Part shown: positions 38,591 through 52,284 of the stretch, in pieces | Numbering within the stretch: the stretch's first letter is position 1 | Layout of the letters: each line of letters opens with the position of its first letter | Source of the DNA: Camelus dromedarius | Lineage: Eukaryota | Reading direction: 5' to 3' | Assembly: GCF_036321535.1 (NCBI RefSeq) | Contig: NC_087436.1 | Span: forward strand, 99,264,001 to 99,328,000 | Length of the DNA stretch: 64,000 nucleotides | Notes under the pieces: model-generated | What the model saw: the letters and a program-made list of their open reading frames with translations, nothing else | Database searches by the model: none | Told to the model about the DNA's origin: nothing | Translations under genes and position numbers: made by a program

Positions 38591-40273
38591 TAGGGGACCA
38601 GTGAGGTTCCTTATCTACCTTATTTTTACTCATCTGCCCAAACTGCAAGCACCTCTGCAAGAACTGGGGTCAAACAGAGCAAGTTCCTCTTCTATAGCAA
38701 CTTTTTTAGGGGCCTCCTGATAATGCCAAGCACCCGAAGATCTTTATCTAACATGTGTACTGCTATGCAACTTCAACTGAGTCACAGGACTCCAGTCATT
38801 TACACAGGCTTCTATTTCCACTCTGTTGGCCTTGATGGATTTTACTTCCTAAAGAAAAACTTTAAATGACACTCCCATGATTGGAAATTTTCAGCAGTTC
38901 CAGTCTACCTATCATACAAAATCCAAGCTACAGAGCATGATAATCAACACATTGCAAAATGTGGCCATCATCAATATTTGCAGTTTAATTTCTCACAATG
39001 TTGCCACTCAAAAACTCTCTTTTGTCCTAGTATTCATTATTAGTCTCCCAAACTTCCAGACTTCTCTATTACTATTTAGCTTAAGACATTTTTCTGTAAT
39101 GAAGTCTCCTCAAACAAACTAATCCTTCTATTTTGTATTTGTCTTATTTATTATTTCTTAAATTTATACTGTAAGCTTCTTGAGGATCAGACTTTTGTTT
39201 TATTTACTTCTGTACCCTCATGGCAAAACAGATTTTTCTATTATATAGTATTTGGTTACATAAATGAACAAATATATCAAGATGTATCTTAAGACTATTC
39301 TCCCCAAAATGCCTTATATAGTAATTTCAAATGTTAATAAAGTATTTCTATATTAAAATATTAAAACCCATTTTTGTGTTTCATGTTAAACAATTACACT
39401 TTACTATCTCAGGTTTCATTGATTATGATGCTTATGGATATTTTACTTTGCATTTTACTTTTGCCTTTAGCTTTTTCCTAAATAACCTGTAAACTGGTAA
39501 GAACAAGAGTTATATCTAATACTTCATTTCAACCCTAACAAATGTACATAAAATATTTATTAGACATTTGAAGTAAAACAAACATTTTGAGATAATCTAG
39601 GTTCTTATAATTAACTGAAGCACGGTGGAAAGGGCTGTAACCTAGGTTCAGATAAACAATGCCATATTTCTTGCTAAATTTGGTGTGAATTTAAAATGGG
39701 CAGCTTGCCTCCTCTCATCTTCTTCTTTGGGAGAAAGCAGCAGTGGAGACTTATACTGTGACCTATGACTAAACTAATCTTGATTCCTTTCATGCATTTG
39801 CCATCTTAACTGCCATAGACATGGCTGAGCTCTGTAGCAGACATGACTCATGGCTCAGACAGAGCCCAATGACTTCCTCTGGCTGATGTTCCATTTCAGT
39901 CCCCCCTGACTCAGGCTGGAGAGCATCTTCCTAATGCCCCGTCTATTCCTGCTGGGCAGTCTTCTCCCTGCTTTGTAAGGTAATATTCCCTGACAAAAGG
40001 TCCTATGAAAGGTAACTGCCTAGTAATTCAGCATCTATACCTTGTGAAAACTGAAGGTAACTTGGGGAAATTAACCTTGGGTCCAAGGAATTTTACCAAA
40101 TCATTTTTGCTACGTTTCAACTTCATTCAGAAAAGACCCAAGAGTTTACTGTTTACCACCTGAACATTAAAGAAGATGTTACGTTTCCTTCTGCTCATTC
40201 TCTTACCGTCAATATATAATACATATCCTTCTTACCAAACAAATGCCTTAAAAGAGAAAATGGATAATTATTT

Positions 40274-40349
40274 ATTTTTTGATACAATTTTAAAGGTTAC
40301 ACTCATTTTACAGTTATACAAAGTATTGGCTATATTCCCCATGTGGTAT
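40274..40349 (-). mobile_element. 76-bp extremely 5'-truncated L1 3'UTR insertion
   Basis: Perfect 13-bp TSD TGGATAATTATTT at 40261-40273 and 40350-40362. The minus strand reads GGGAATATAGCCAATACTTTGTATAACTGTAAATGAGTGTAACCTTTAAAATTGTATCAAAAAAT, resembling an L1 3'UTR. Confidence 0.85.
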
Positions 40350-42198
40350 TGGATAATTATTTCTGATTGTTTATATTTTTCTTTCTTTGCACTATTTCTC
40401 AAGGGAAGGAAAAGATAAATGCTTAGAAAAATTTTTTTTTGCTCTTGTTAAAACTTTCCATTCTATACAGTAACACAGCCTCAAGGCCTCAATGTCATGA
40501 ATATAAAGGGTATCATCTCTGTGGGCAAGAGTCTTCCAGTTTGGAGGAGGTAAGAGAGCTAAGTTAACTTGGAAAAAAAAATCTTCCAAATTATATGATT
40601 CTCCTCACATCTATAGTCTTGTTGCATTAATTATATATATCAAAAACTGAATGTAACTTTTAAAAAATTCATTCTGTAATAAATCCTAGTCTGCCACACT
40701 CTCCAGAAAGATGAATGCCTCTGGCCAACTGGGTCAAAGGACTTGTTCTCAAAAAGATAATAGTGGATTAAAATATTAATCATTTAAAACCATTAGCCTA
40801 TTTCCTATATAATAATCAGGTTGTCTATGACTGTAACTTACATCTAGATGAGATTCAAGTCCTGATTTGGTAAATGATACTTCCAAAGAGATCTATTTGA
40901 TTTTGGGTTAAGGCAGCATTTATACCCAGGACTCATATTTCTCATTCCCATTTGGCTTTTGCCTATTTGTTATTAAGCAGAGAACGGAGGAAAAGAAAGT
41001 TACCCTAGAATACTTAGAATAAAATCAAAAACTGATAGAAGCAGAAGATACAAGATGATTCTGAGCATGACACTTCCATTCTTACATATCTTTCCCAGAT
41101 TCCTTATTTCTTAATAACAAATACCCTCTTATTAGGCATTAGAGGAGGAAAGCTAAGACAGAAAACTCAGCTGAAAATATTCAGGATCAACTGGCTTTCC
41201 TTATAGCATTAAAATGTATTAGCATATGATCAATTGAAACTTGGTAATTAATATAATTCTCTAGGCAATGGAACGCTATCTTTATGGCAGCAAAATTTAA
41301 ATATGTGATATGATTTTAAAAACATGAGAACATCGTTATATTTTCAAGCCAAATGGAGGTCTTTAAAAATACTCAAATGAGAAGATTTTTTGAGATTATT
41401 ATTTAACTTTTGTTTTTTTAAACACAATCTTTAAAATGCTACCTAGATTAATTTATCGCTCCTATGTAGAGATATATATGGGTTTAGACTTTAATACTAT
41501 ACATGCTAATTTTTTTCTATAAACTAGTACATTGTATGCAGTATATAGTAAGGGTATTTAGACTCAAGTTAGAAGAAATATATGTAAGGGCTAGTTTCCT
41601 CCTGGTTTTATAGGTCAGTATAATTAACTTCCTAGTACCTTTTTCCTTCCTTTTCAAAATAAAAAAGGCAATACTGGCAGATATTCAAGTTTCTTTTCTA
41701 GTTTTAATATTCAGTGTTGCTTTTGTTCTATTGTTTTGTTACCTTTTCACAAGCTTATTGAAGGATATCTTTCGGACCTGTGGGGATTTTAACCATCATC
41801 TAAAAACTTACATACAACATAAAATTAATGATACGACGTATACATACGTATATTTAAATCTCTGAGGAATCTGAGTGTAGCCATTTTTTGTTTTTGGTGT
41901 TACTGAGGGAACTTCAGTATAAAGCTAGAGTTAAAAGCTAGACTTCAAATGTGGTAAAGAATAAACAATAAGATGAATTATAGAGCACTGCACAAGTATG
42001 AAAAGGCTTAATAGAAACCTTTAATAATCATGTTTTAAACAGAAATAGAAAACAAACAAAAGAATATATAACTCACTCTTCCTAGATAAATTATCAGGAA
42101 GTTTTCCAATTTTGTCAGACGTAGGTTTACCCATTTCCAGTACAACCATTTTCAAGTGAATTATCTAGCAGAATGGAGCATATTTCTTTCATATATGA

Positions 42199-42222
42199 GT
42201 GTGTGTGTGTGTGTGTGTGTGT
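42199..42222. repeat. (GT)12 microsatellite
   Basis: Read directly. Confidence 0.97.
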
Positions 42223-43932
42223 GCATACACACATGTGCAGGGGCAGGAGAGGACTGATGGTAAGAAAAAAAGGTTGAGAAAGGGGTGGAAACACAGCTTT
42301 ACTCAAATCAGTTTCTTCACTGAATTGACCTAACTTGACATAAAACTAGCATAAGATTCCACACTTAAGCTGAAATGTGACAGCTTATCTTTTTTCTAAT
42401 CATGTTAACATAACCAAATACAACCATATAATTCTCCATGTAAAGTACTTATGGGGAAATAGGCACTGCCATGTGCTGCTGATGAAGCTGTAACTGTTCA
42501 GAGTGTTAAAGGAGCTGAAACTTTAATTCTTTGTGTACTTTTTAATCCAGTCAACCCTCTTTAAGTAACTTAATCTGTGGAAATTATGAGAATTTATAAA
42601 AGGCTTATGTACCATAGTAATTCATAACAGCAACTAATAATGAACAAAATCAAAATTATAAAATTCTGTACAATATTCAAAATTGCACCTAATATACATA
42701 GTAAATTGTTTATGATCTATTACTAAAATTTTTCATCATTTGTTAAGTAATAAATACAAAATTATAAGCTGTCTAATGTGATTATATACTTAAGTTTACA
42801 GAAACAAATTCATATATTACAGAAAAAAGTAGAGTATACAATAAAATGTTAATCTTCTCTTTTATTAATGGAAATTCAAATTTGAATTCTTAGAAATTTT
42901 TCTTCATTAATAAACATACACATATATATGAAACTAGAGATTATCTTGATATAATTATAAATTATGAGCCAAATAAACAATAAGGCCTATAAAAAATAAA
43001 GAATATTTGGAGAAGATATATTTTAGAAATCTCAGTAATAACATCATGAACATAAGAATCTACAAGTGTGCCTTAAGATTTCTGAAATTTTAACAAAAAT
43101 CACAGCTAACGCCTCTTTTTTCCCTCTAATCCTACAAGAGCGTGTTTTGGGGACAGATTATTTTTTTCCTTTTTTTTTCTTTTATAGAAATTGCAAATAA
43201 GGTCATTATTCCCACAAAAATAAACATTTTTTTTCTTATTTGAAATGGTAAGTAATCAATAGAGATTTAGATGAAGTTAAATCACAGTTCGATCACATTA
43301 TTAATTCTTTTTACTTGAGTAGTAGCGACATCTCTGAGTCTTTGTGTAACAATGCAGTAAAAAGGGAAGATTTCTCTTACCTCCATGCATTTAGTTTTTC
43401 CTATGGCTCTAAAATAATTGTGTATACTTGAGGATGTACATATTTTGTATCTGAATAGCTGCTCAAGTGAAGTGAATTGAAATAGAAGATTGTAGGATGA
43501 ATCTTCAGGTACTAATAATAATCTCAAATTGGGAGCGTCTCAGCTCAAACTGGAGAGATTAGATTATTGTTAAACTACGTGTGATATAATTGACCTATTT
43601 TGAGCCATAAGAAAATTCTAAAATTTTCATTAGGAGATTCAATTTTTCATGAAGCAACTGGTATTCCTACTATAAATCATTTCAAAGAATTCCATTTTGA
43701 GGAAGGAAATGAAGATGGAAACAAGGATTTAATGTAGGGTAAATATTCTTCTCTTTTTAGGGCAATGGAACCTGAACACCAAGGCAAAGATGTGCTCAGA
43801 GGACTTACGTGGAAGAGAGTGGTTTGACTGAGGTTGAGAAGGTCAATTTGAGGAAGTCAAAGAAGCCTGTTAAGGCAAAATATGAATATGTTGTCTCCAT
43901 ATAGAGAAATGTAGATAGTTTCTTGTACTTAC

Positions 43933-44053
43933 CGTCTGCTTTAACTAAACCTTAACTGAATTCTTGTTATGAACCAGATGGAGTGTGGTCTTTGCGATTC
44001 AATGCTTGAGGTCAGGACTTTTTGGTAGGTGATATGAAGTTATAACAAGAAGG
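43933..44053 (-). other. Candidate 121-nt non-coding exon
   Basis: Minus strand ttttttttttatcacag|CCTTC...GCAGACG|gtaagt; stops in all three frames. Confidence 0.25.
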
Positions 44054-45479
44054 CTGTGATAAAAAAAAAATGGTAAATATAAGCACCCAAGGCACTCAAA
44101 GAAGAAATACTTCACAGAAAATGTGTGTACATGAATATATTATTGTAAGTATAATAAAAACACCAAAGTTGTTACTTAAAACTAAATAATTCAGAATATA
44201 TATTGATTTTAAGTTCACAAAATAGGGAAGAACCATGACAGTTTTCATACTTAATAAACTGGGGAGCACTCAAAGTAGAAACCTGAATTTTGAAAATATT
44301 CTGGGAGATCCTTTCTTCTTTAGTCATTTAGCAAATTATAATGCTTCTTGAGATATTTATGATACTGTTAGACTCTATTTGTAGGTTCAGCTTGAGGTAT
44401 GCTTGCAATATAAATGGTAGACCTTTTACAATAGTCCTACCTCACTGTTGAATTCTCTCCCTCCAAAATTCCCATTCACACAAGCACAGACACACAGAGT
44501 CCCCAAAATGTCCTCCTAATCAGTATTAATGGACCTTCTATTCAAATGTTGTAGAAATTCAGAAATTAATGAATAAGCATTTTTTACTCATCCTTAATGA
44601 TATATATAGACTGCTCAATTTTTCCAGAATTTCTGGATTTTGCCACTAAGTGTAGTTTAACTTTTTAATTCTGTACCTCTTCCCTTAGAACAGTAATTCT
44701 CATGGTATTATAAATTCATCATAGTTAATCTTCCTCCTTGCAAAGTATTAGCAGAAAGTAGATTTTACCTCCCAAAATTTAAATAATTTTAGGCATATTT
44801 TAGTTTCTACTACACTGTATAGCACATTTTAGGGACAAATAAGCTGTATTTCTAAATTAGGTAAAACTATACCTTTAATTTTAACTTTAGTTATTTTAAT
44901 GATAATGCCTACTATTATATTCATCCTTTTTTCTTAACCACCCCTAAGGACCAATCTACAATATCAACAAAATATGTTTCCTAATAGCCCAATTTTATTT
45001 TCATAGCTGTCATTTAAATAATTTATCTGTAGGCACACTTATTATCTAGTTTACCAAGGGAATTATTAGAACCTTCAGATATGAATAACTATTTTAAGTT
45101 AGGGTGAGCAGTTTATCCAAATGCTGAGTGAGACTTTCTGTTTCGAGACATCATGTACAATTTATTGAGAAGTGTTTTCCTCCAAGTCACTCTAAGTACC
45201 TTTTTAGTGATATGCATCTGCATTATGCAAGAACAATACATAAATCCAATTACCATTCCAATGTTAAACAGTAATTGAATTGAATTTATTGGTAATTATA
45301 TAATTTTTCTACACCATATTCAACTTGCCAATCTATCTCTTTATCAGTATTTCTTTCTCAAATTGTTATCCTTTTGATGATGATCAAACCAGCAATTTTC
45401 CAACTTTTCCCACTATGTGTGATGTATTCAAAAATAAGATAGTAGAAATGATCATCAAGTTAATTAACTACTTCAGTCA

Positions 45480-45870
45480 CCATCTTTGTCTTACTGTACT
45501 CTTACTTATGTATCACAGATACAATGCATGCTCTGGGGAAAAACAGAGCAGATGGCAACAACTATAAGTTTAAAGAAGGATGTTTGCATAGCTAGCCCTC
45601 AGTGAGAATGCAGCATTTAAGGAAAAGCTTTGGAGAAGTGCAGAAGTTGAAACACAGAAGTGACAGTAGCTAAAGGGGTGTAGTAGATGTAGACAAGTTT
45701 TGACATGTAAATGGGGTCATATCACAAAGGGCCCTGGGAGCTGTTTTATGATCATTTTATTCTATTCTGAATGCAAAGGAGAAACTTTGAAAGGTCATAA
45801 GCAAAAGAAGAATTTGATATAATCCGATATAATATAATCCTTTACATTTTACCAAATCATCCTAGTCTAT
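45480..45870 (-). mobile_element. L2 fragment
   Basis: GGGGTCATATCACAAAGGGCC...TTTTATTCTATTCTGAATGCAAAGGAGAAACTTTGAAAGG...TTTACATTTTACCAAATCATCCTAG. Confidence 0.55.
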
Positions 45871-46100
45871 CCTTAGCATATAACCAAGGCTTGTAAAATG
45901 TCAATGATTAATGGGTGGGTCCAAGTTACAAGAATGACCAGTGTCAGAGTCATAAACAGAATACAGTTGTTGTTTTGGTTTGACACTATTTCAAATCCAC
46001 TTGTTAATAACAAGTAAAGTTATTATATTCCACTTGTTTATGATAAAGACAAAATGTTATTTTTAGAGGCACAGTTGTTTTGACATAAAATGAAGCAAGT

Positions 46101-46917
46101 TGTGTCAGGATGTCATCATCTTATTTGTTGTCCTTAATAAGGACTTGTAGTTCAGCTGCTAAGGGAACCCCGGAACCTTATCAGTAAGAATATGTGGAGA
46201 AGCAACTATGGCAAGGGGATATTTAGATGCTGATAATACTGAGAGTTTGTGAAGAGTATCTGAGAGTTTCAGTCAGGGGAACTCCAGAGATTTCAAGGTA
46301 CGTGCTCCTGCCATGACCAGGCTACTCTTGGTTGGCAGTGGTGTTAAACTGTGCACCAGCCTCAGGAAGAGAAGGGACATCTAACTATTCCTGCCTGAGC
46401 AAGGTATTCCTCGTAGACAGTGGCACAAACCATGTACAGATCCCTGAAGACCCTTGGAGAATCCCAGCCTGGTCACCAACACTGGCACCATCATTCTCCA
46501 GCACCATGGAGCAACAAGGAACTTTTACTTCTACACTGGCAACTGAAAGGCTTCACCCAGTTGGCAAAGCCATTTCTCCCAAGAAACCAAAACTTGTAGA
46601 AAAGGTACAGCTCAAACTAAATTTGAACTTTATTTCTGTCATCTCCCATTGCCTGAAACAACAGTATGATTAATCTATTGTTATGAGTATGTTAATTTTT
46701 ATTGGCTTAAGAGACATTACCCTATATACTACTGGCTCGTGAAATTATGATAAATCTCACAGTGAACCTATTTGTGCTAAATAAGCTATTGGCAAAGGCA
46801 ATCTCAGTTTCTGCACATAATTTGCTCCCAAACAAAACAACAGTCTACAATCTGTTATCTTCCAACCATTAGTAACTTGGCATAAATTACTTGGTGACAA
46901 AACCACAATGGTCACAT
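46101..46917 (+). mobile_element. Possible ancient solo LTR, family not assigned
   Basis: About 820 bp of higher GC than the flanks, bounded by TG... and ...GGTCACA, with no intact coding signal. Confidence 0.3.
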
Positions 46918-48059
46918 CCTTTAGATATTATACTTTAGGGGACTTTAAAGCTTATTGAGAATCTACATAGTCATTCCTCCTCTATCAGACTTATTTAACA
47001 GGTAAAGAGAAATCATTTTAAAGAAATAGTCTATATTCTTCAAAGAATCTCCAAAGTGTCTTCTAAAAGAATGATCCAGACAAATTGGTCTGTGTTTGAA
47101 TGTGTTCATAAGGAGGGACTGCAGTGTGGAACCCACCTGATTATACTGGAAAATGTTCAAAATTTAATTAATTCAATAAGATAACTTCCATAAACAAACA
47201 CAGAAAAAGCATTTAATAAAAAAAAAAAAAGAGAGAGAGAGAGAGACAGAGAACCTCTTTGAACCTTCTACTGCAGAGGAGACTTCTGATTTCTATATAA
47301 CTTCTGCTTCCACTGGTTCTAATAAGATTAGCTGCAGAATTTACTAGTAAAGGGCAAAGCCTGTTCAATAATACCCAACTGTTCACAGTGAAAGCGAAAT
47401 GGGCCTAGACTGAAACATCTATTCACACTTCTTACAGACTCTTCTTCAGTGCAACAATGTTTATTCTCGTAGCTGTTAAAAAGACGGTGCTGAGTTTAGA
47501 AAGCATAAGTTCTTGGCAGTCCCTGTTATATCTCTTCTCTAACACTGATTTCTCTCAGAAAGCTCCATGGTATTGAAAATAAAACATTAAAAAGTAATAC
47601 TTTTTAATATTATATGTTTTTCTGGCAGGGTTTTTTTTTTTTTTTCATTTTCTTTAGGGCTCTGTGGGTAAACATAAATTCATGAAGAAGGTAATTCAAG
47701 GAGAAAATTAAAGACTGAAAAATTTTCTAATCTGTTCTTCAGAACTATGTAAATGTTCAGCATTGAGAGTCCTGTTTTTTGAAATCACATTTTAATATTG
47801 ACATGCTATACCATTGGTAATGGCTTTTTAAGAGCCTAGATTTAAAATACTCCTACTCATGCAGGATAAATAAAGACATATGTAAATTTTGCCCTCAGGC
47901 CACTCATTCATTTGATAATTTGTATACCAGAAAACCTAAAATAGTTCAAAAGTTTTAAGTAAGCCATGTTTTTTGAAAGTAAAAGTAAGCTGAGTGTTAC
48001 ATTTCAAAAAAAAAATCAAGTAAAATTATTATACTAAGTAATAATACTTAAAATAAATG

Positions 48060-48365
48060 TAGCTTGAGAACTTAAAACATCTATGATACCTGACTGGATC
48101 AAGGATTATAGGAACAAGTGGGGTAAATTTGAATACGGATCTAGAAAGATAACACTATATCATCAGTGTTAAGTTCACTGGGGAAATTATCATATTGTGG
48201 TTTGGTAGAAGGGTGTCCTTGTTTATTGGTGATATGGAAAGGAGGGGTGAGGGAGAGAGAAAAGCAAACATGGTGAATATTAATAATATGTTGAATCTAG
48301 TAAAAGGATGCAGTACAGCTTTTCTTTAACTTTCAATTTTCTCCAAATAAAGAATTCACAAAAAT
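48060..48365 (+). mobile_element. Old L1 (L1MC4/5-like) 3'UTR fragment
   Basis: CCTGACTGGATC...GTAAATTTGAATA...ATCAGTGTTAAGTTC...AAAGCAAACATGGTGAATATTAA...TTGAATCTAG...CCAAATAAA. Confidence 0.6.
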
Positions 48366-49814
48366 AGTATTATCTATGAGTCTTAACCAATCCCTCCTCC
48401 TTATTTATTTAACCATTATCATTGAGTAAGACATTCACTAGTCACTGGAGACATGGAGGTAAATGAAAATGGGTCCTGCCTTCTGGTAACATACACTCCA
48501 GTAGGCAAGACAAACATTAAACAAACAAACAAGACTATGGAAATCACAATGAGTAGGGAGTGCTATGAAAATATATAACAAGAGACACTAACCTAGTTAC
48601 TGGAGAATAGGAGGGTACCGGAGGATGAGAGAATGACATGAAAGATGCCCTTTATAGAATCGGTAGGGTCTGGGGCAAGTTAAATGGTCTTAGGCAAAGA
48701 AAAAAAGGAAGTTCCATTTAAAGAAGTCAGTGAGTGCTCTTTTTTCGTGAAATGGCTGATTAACAGTGTAGAAACCCAACAAGAAACCTTTGGCCAACAT
48801 AATTTTCCTGGATATAGAACAGAAATCTTTGAGGCAAGAAGGTACAAATCTTACTGAGTTAAATATCCCAAGTAATGCCTACTGCAGTCCCAGAGTAAAC
48901 ATTCAACAAATATTGCTGAGTTGAATAAAGTTGCCTACTTTTCATTTATTCATAAAGAGCATTATAAAATAAAACCAAAATTTTCAATAGCTGAAGTACC
49001 TACTAAATACACTACATTAAATATTATTTCAATGTAATAACCTTCTATTGAGCACCAGCAATGTAAAAATCTATGTTTTATCAGATATCAGGGGTCTGAC
49101 TGATATGACTTAACGTGAAGTCTAGTAGACATTGGTAATTGAGAGATGGAGCAGAGAGAAAGAAATCAATTTTATAATTATTTTAATTCTATCTCATATT
49201 ACCTATGAAGCAGTAATTGTGCCCTGTTTGAAGCAGAGCAAGAAAACAGATATTAAAATTAAATTTTTAAATATATATCTGGAACAAAAATATTAGTAAA
49301 CAATATAAGCAAAAGTTTTAACAATTGGCCAGTGCATATTAAATAATGTTACTACAATATAAAAACAAATACAAAATAAAGACATTTTTAAAAGTGTATC
49401 CATTCTAGTTGACCCTGTTGAATATATTAAGTATGAGTCAACATCCTTATCACTCTAGATGTTAAAATTCAGTGTTAAACTAAAGAGAAAAACAATAACA
49501 TAAATTATAAATACATAAAAGTATCAATCTGTATATACAAAACTTCTAAAGTCAGAAGATACTAAAACTAATTCTTGTTGCTGTATACAATTTTTGAAAA
49601 TTTTATAATTTTGCCTGTAAATCATTATTCATCCTTTCTTTCTGTTGGTTTGGCAAATAAAAGTTTCCATTTTTGATCCTCTTTCAGAGCCATCCAAATG
49701 TCTATACTCTAATAGGGGAAAGGAATTGTTAGCTCAATTAGAATTGTGTTTATATCAAAATGAATTGTTTCCATCTTCCCTCCAAAAGCACTAGGAAAAT
49801 GACTCAACTCTTAC

Positions 49815-49853
49815 CTGGCAAACAGTCTTTGAACTGGAACTGAGTAATATAAA
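49815..49853 (-). other. Candidate 39-nt internal exon of an unidentified transcript
   Basis: Minus strand ttcttttttccctctttttttccacttcag|TTTATATTACTCAGTTCCAGTTCAAAGACTGTTTGCCAG|gtaaga. Strong acceptor and donor, open in all three frames, peptide not recognised. Confidence 0.3.
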
Positions 49854-50809
49854 CTGAAGTGGAAAAAAAGAGGGAAAAAAAGAATATTTAAGATGAATGA
49901 TGCCTCAAGGTAATCATCTTCACTTGTTTAGATGGAATTCTCCACCTATTATTCTGCAACAAATTTACAATGTAATCTCAGAACTGTTGTCAAAGGTCTT
50001 TGAAATACCATTAAGAAACAACAATGAATGGAAAATATTATTAAAATTCAATTTGTATATTCTAAAAATAAGTCAGCCCAAGCTAACCTCATTTTAATTT
50101 GTGATAGTGCTATTAGCTAGAATAATATGGTGATGCTACAGATATTTACCTAATGTGACAAAGCATTTTTTTCATAATGTACTTGAGATATGTTTACCTT
50201 TGGTAATTCATTTCACAGAGTCTCAAATTATTTAGGATTTAAGCTGAAGAGATATGGGTCAATGGCAGCAGAATTAGAGATATTCTTATCTAGTTAAGTA
50301 TCTTTATCCACAGATGTTTGATAAATTTCTCTTGCAGTTTCACGGAAGGCTATCATTTACAATTGGACATGGACTTATTTTACGTGGCTTAAGAAAGCAG
50401 AATACTATGCTACTATTTGAAGGTAAAGGGAGAAAAAGTCTTTCTTAGTTCAAAATGAAAAAGAACATTCCAACAATTAGAGTCATCAAAGAGCAGGGTG
50501 GGATGTTTTGAAAAGCCAAGATTTCCTAGTTGTAAAAGAAGTCACTTAGAGACTTTTAGTTTGAGGTTTTTTGAAAGGTTATAGAAATTTCTGCTTTAAG
50601 TAAATTTTTTAAACTAGGTAACTTTAAAATTACTTCCTAATTTCATTTCCTTGTTTTAAAAGAGCAAAACAAACAAATAAACAAAGTTCTACAATATAAA
50701 TCTCACCTTTGCAAGTATGTTCATTACAATAATATTAAAATTCAACACACCAGTTAAAATACAGCATTTATTAGAATAGTAAATACTAAATTTTTGCTAA
50801 AGAAAAACA

Positions 50810-51030
50810 AGAATTTTTGAGTGCATACTATGAGTCAATCACTTTGCATGTTTCATCTGATTTAGTTCTCACAAGACAAAGGTTAATTTGGTATCTATGT
50901 TGTTATTGGACATATGTGGATATTGAGGCAAAGAACAGTTAAGTTACTTTCCTAAGAACACACAGTTAAAACATGGAGAAGCTGGTAATTGAAGTTCAGT
51001 GAAACAGGACCTAAATTTAATGGGTTTTCT
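50810..51030 (-). mobile_element. MIR SINE
   Basis: TTGAGTGCATACTATG...TCATCTGATTTAGTTCTCACAA...TTGAGGCAAAGAACAGTTAAGTTACTTTCCTAAGAACACACAG. Confidence 0.7.
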
Positions 51031-52228
51031 AAACATCAAGGGGCTTTAACAACATTCTTACATGTCACAATAGGTATATAGAATTTTCATTTCAATAGTA
51101 ACAATCTGCTTGAGGACATAAAATTTGGACAAAAAATTATTTTAAAATTCAAAAACAATTATTGATAGTAATATAGGTACAAAATAGTAATTAAGCAAAT
51201 GCTGAAGCATTAGGCAGATGGTGATTGCTATGGAGATCAGAAAGGGGAGACATGAGAGTAGGCAGGTGTTAATCAGAAAACCTGCCTGAAGGATTAAGGT
51301 CAGAGCTGCATCAATGACCTTTTGTTTATACTCAGATATCATAAGCTGATCATAAATCAATGTGATTCTTCTTTAGAAAAACAACAGTTCAGAGTGATCT
51401 ATTCATTGGCAATTTTCAAGTTAAATACTTCACTGTTTAAAAAGAGAAAAGTATGAAAAATATAAGCAATTTAGAAGACATTCACATTTACTAGATACCT
51501 AAGTACAATACTACCCAAAGGCCAGGGTGCCATTAATTGTTTTATATGTGACCGCAAGTCAATATGAAGCGTCTGAAGCAGAAGAGAAAGTTGTTGAAAG
51601 AAAACTCAAGCCCTCTTTATGTAGGATGTATTATCAGGTAAAATAATTAAATTTCTGATCACTCTTTCCATTTCTTAATGCAGGAAGATATGAGAAAGAA
51701 AGAAAAAGAAAGTCCTATAAAGATTCACAAGAATATTAAATCACTATTTAAAGTAAAACATAAAAAATTGTATCAAGCACTTAAAGATCAATAACCAAGG
51801 GATGGCTATTTGGGCTTGTTTTTAAAATGCCCCCAAACTGTGCTCTTTGATTGATATGTTCTCAACAATTTTCCACACTGATGAGTGTAGTGGTCTAGAA
51901 AAGTGGAAATGCCATGGATTTTTAAGTATGCTCTAATTCTTTTAATTACGGGTGATTTTCTAACTCTTGAAGACAGCTCTCTTCTCTCTGTAAAGCATTC
52001 CCTCTCTTCAGTTCAAAGATCTGAATTTCGCTTTCTGTATTCCAGAGGCAGTTTACATGACTTCACCTCAATGGACTAAGAGCTGTCCTCCCAGCAAGAA
52101 TGTTGTAAGCAATCACTTGACTCAAGAAAGCTCAGATCTCAGAAAGCAAACACTCAGATAAGGGATAGTGAGAGTGGGGAATTTAAAGAGAAAAAAAAAG
52201 TTTTACATCCCTTACAGACTATTCAGCT

Positions 52229-52230
<2 letters not shown>

Positions 52231-52262
<32 letters not shown>
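52231..52262. repeat. Poly(A)32 tract
   Basis: Read directly. Confidence 0.97.
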
Positions 52263-52264
<2 letters not shown>

Positions 52265-52284
52265 AAGTAAAACGTTTTAAAATG

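Noticed and set aside
43188..43247. Plus-strand 60-nt exon-like segment with strong splice sites
   Set aside because: Stops in all three frames and no supporting partner exons; likely a pseudo-exon.
46332..46673. 113-aa ORF as an ERV or host protein
   Set aside because: Non-ATG start, no gag/pol/env motifs, and it lies in a probable old LTR.
52191..52280. Poly(A)32 as the tail of a retrocopy
   Set aside because: No convincing TSD, poly(A) signal or recognisable body upstream; treated as a simple repeat.
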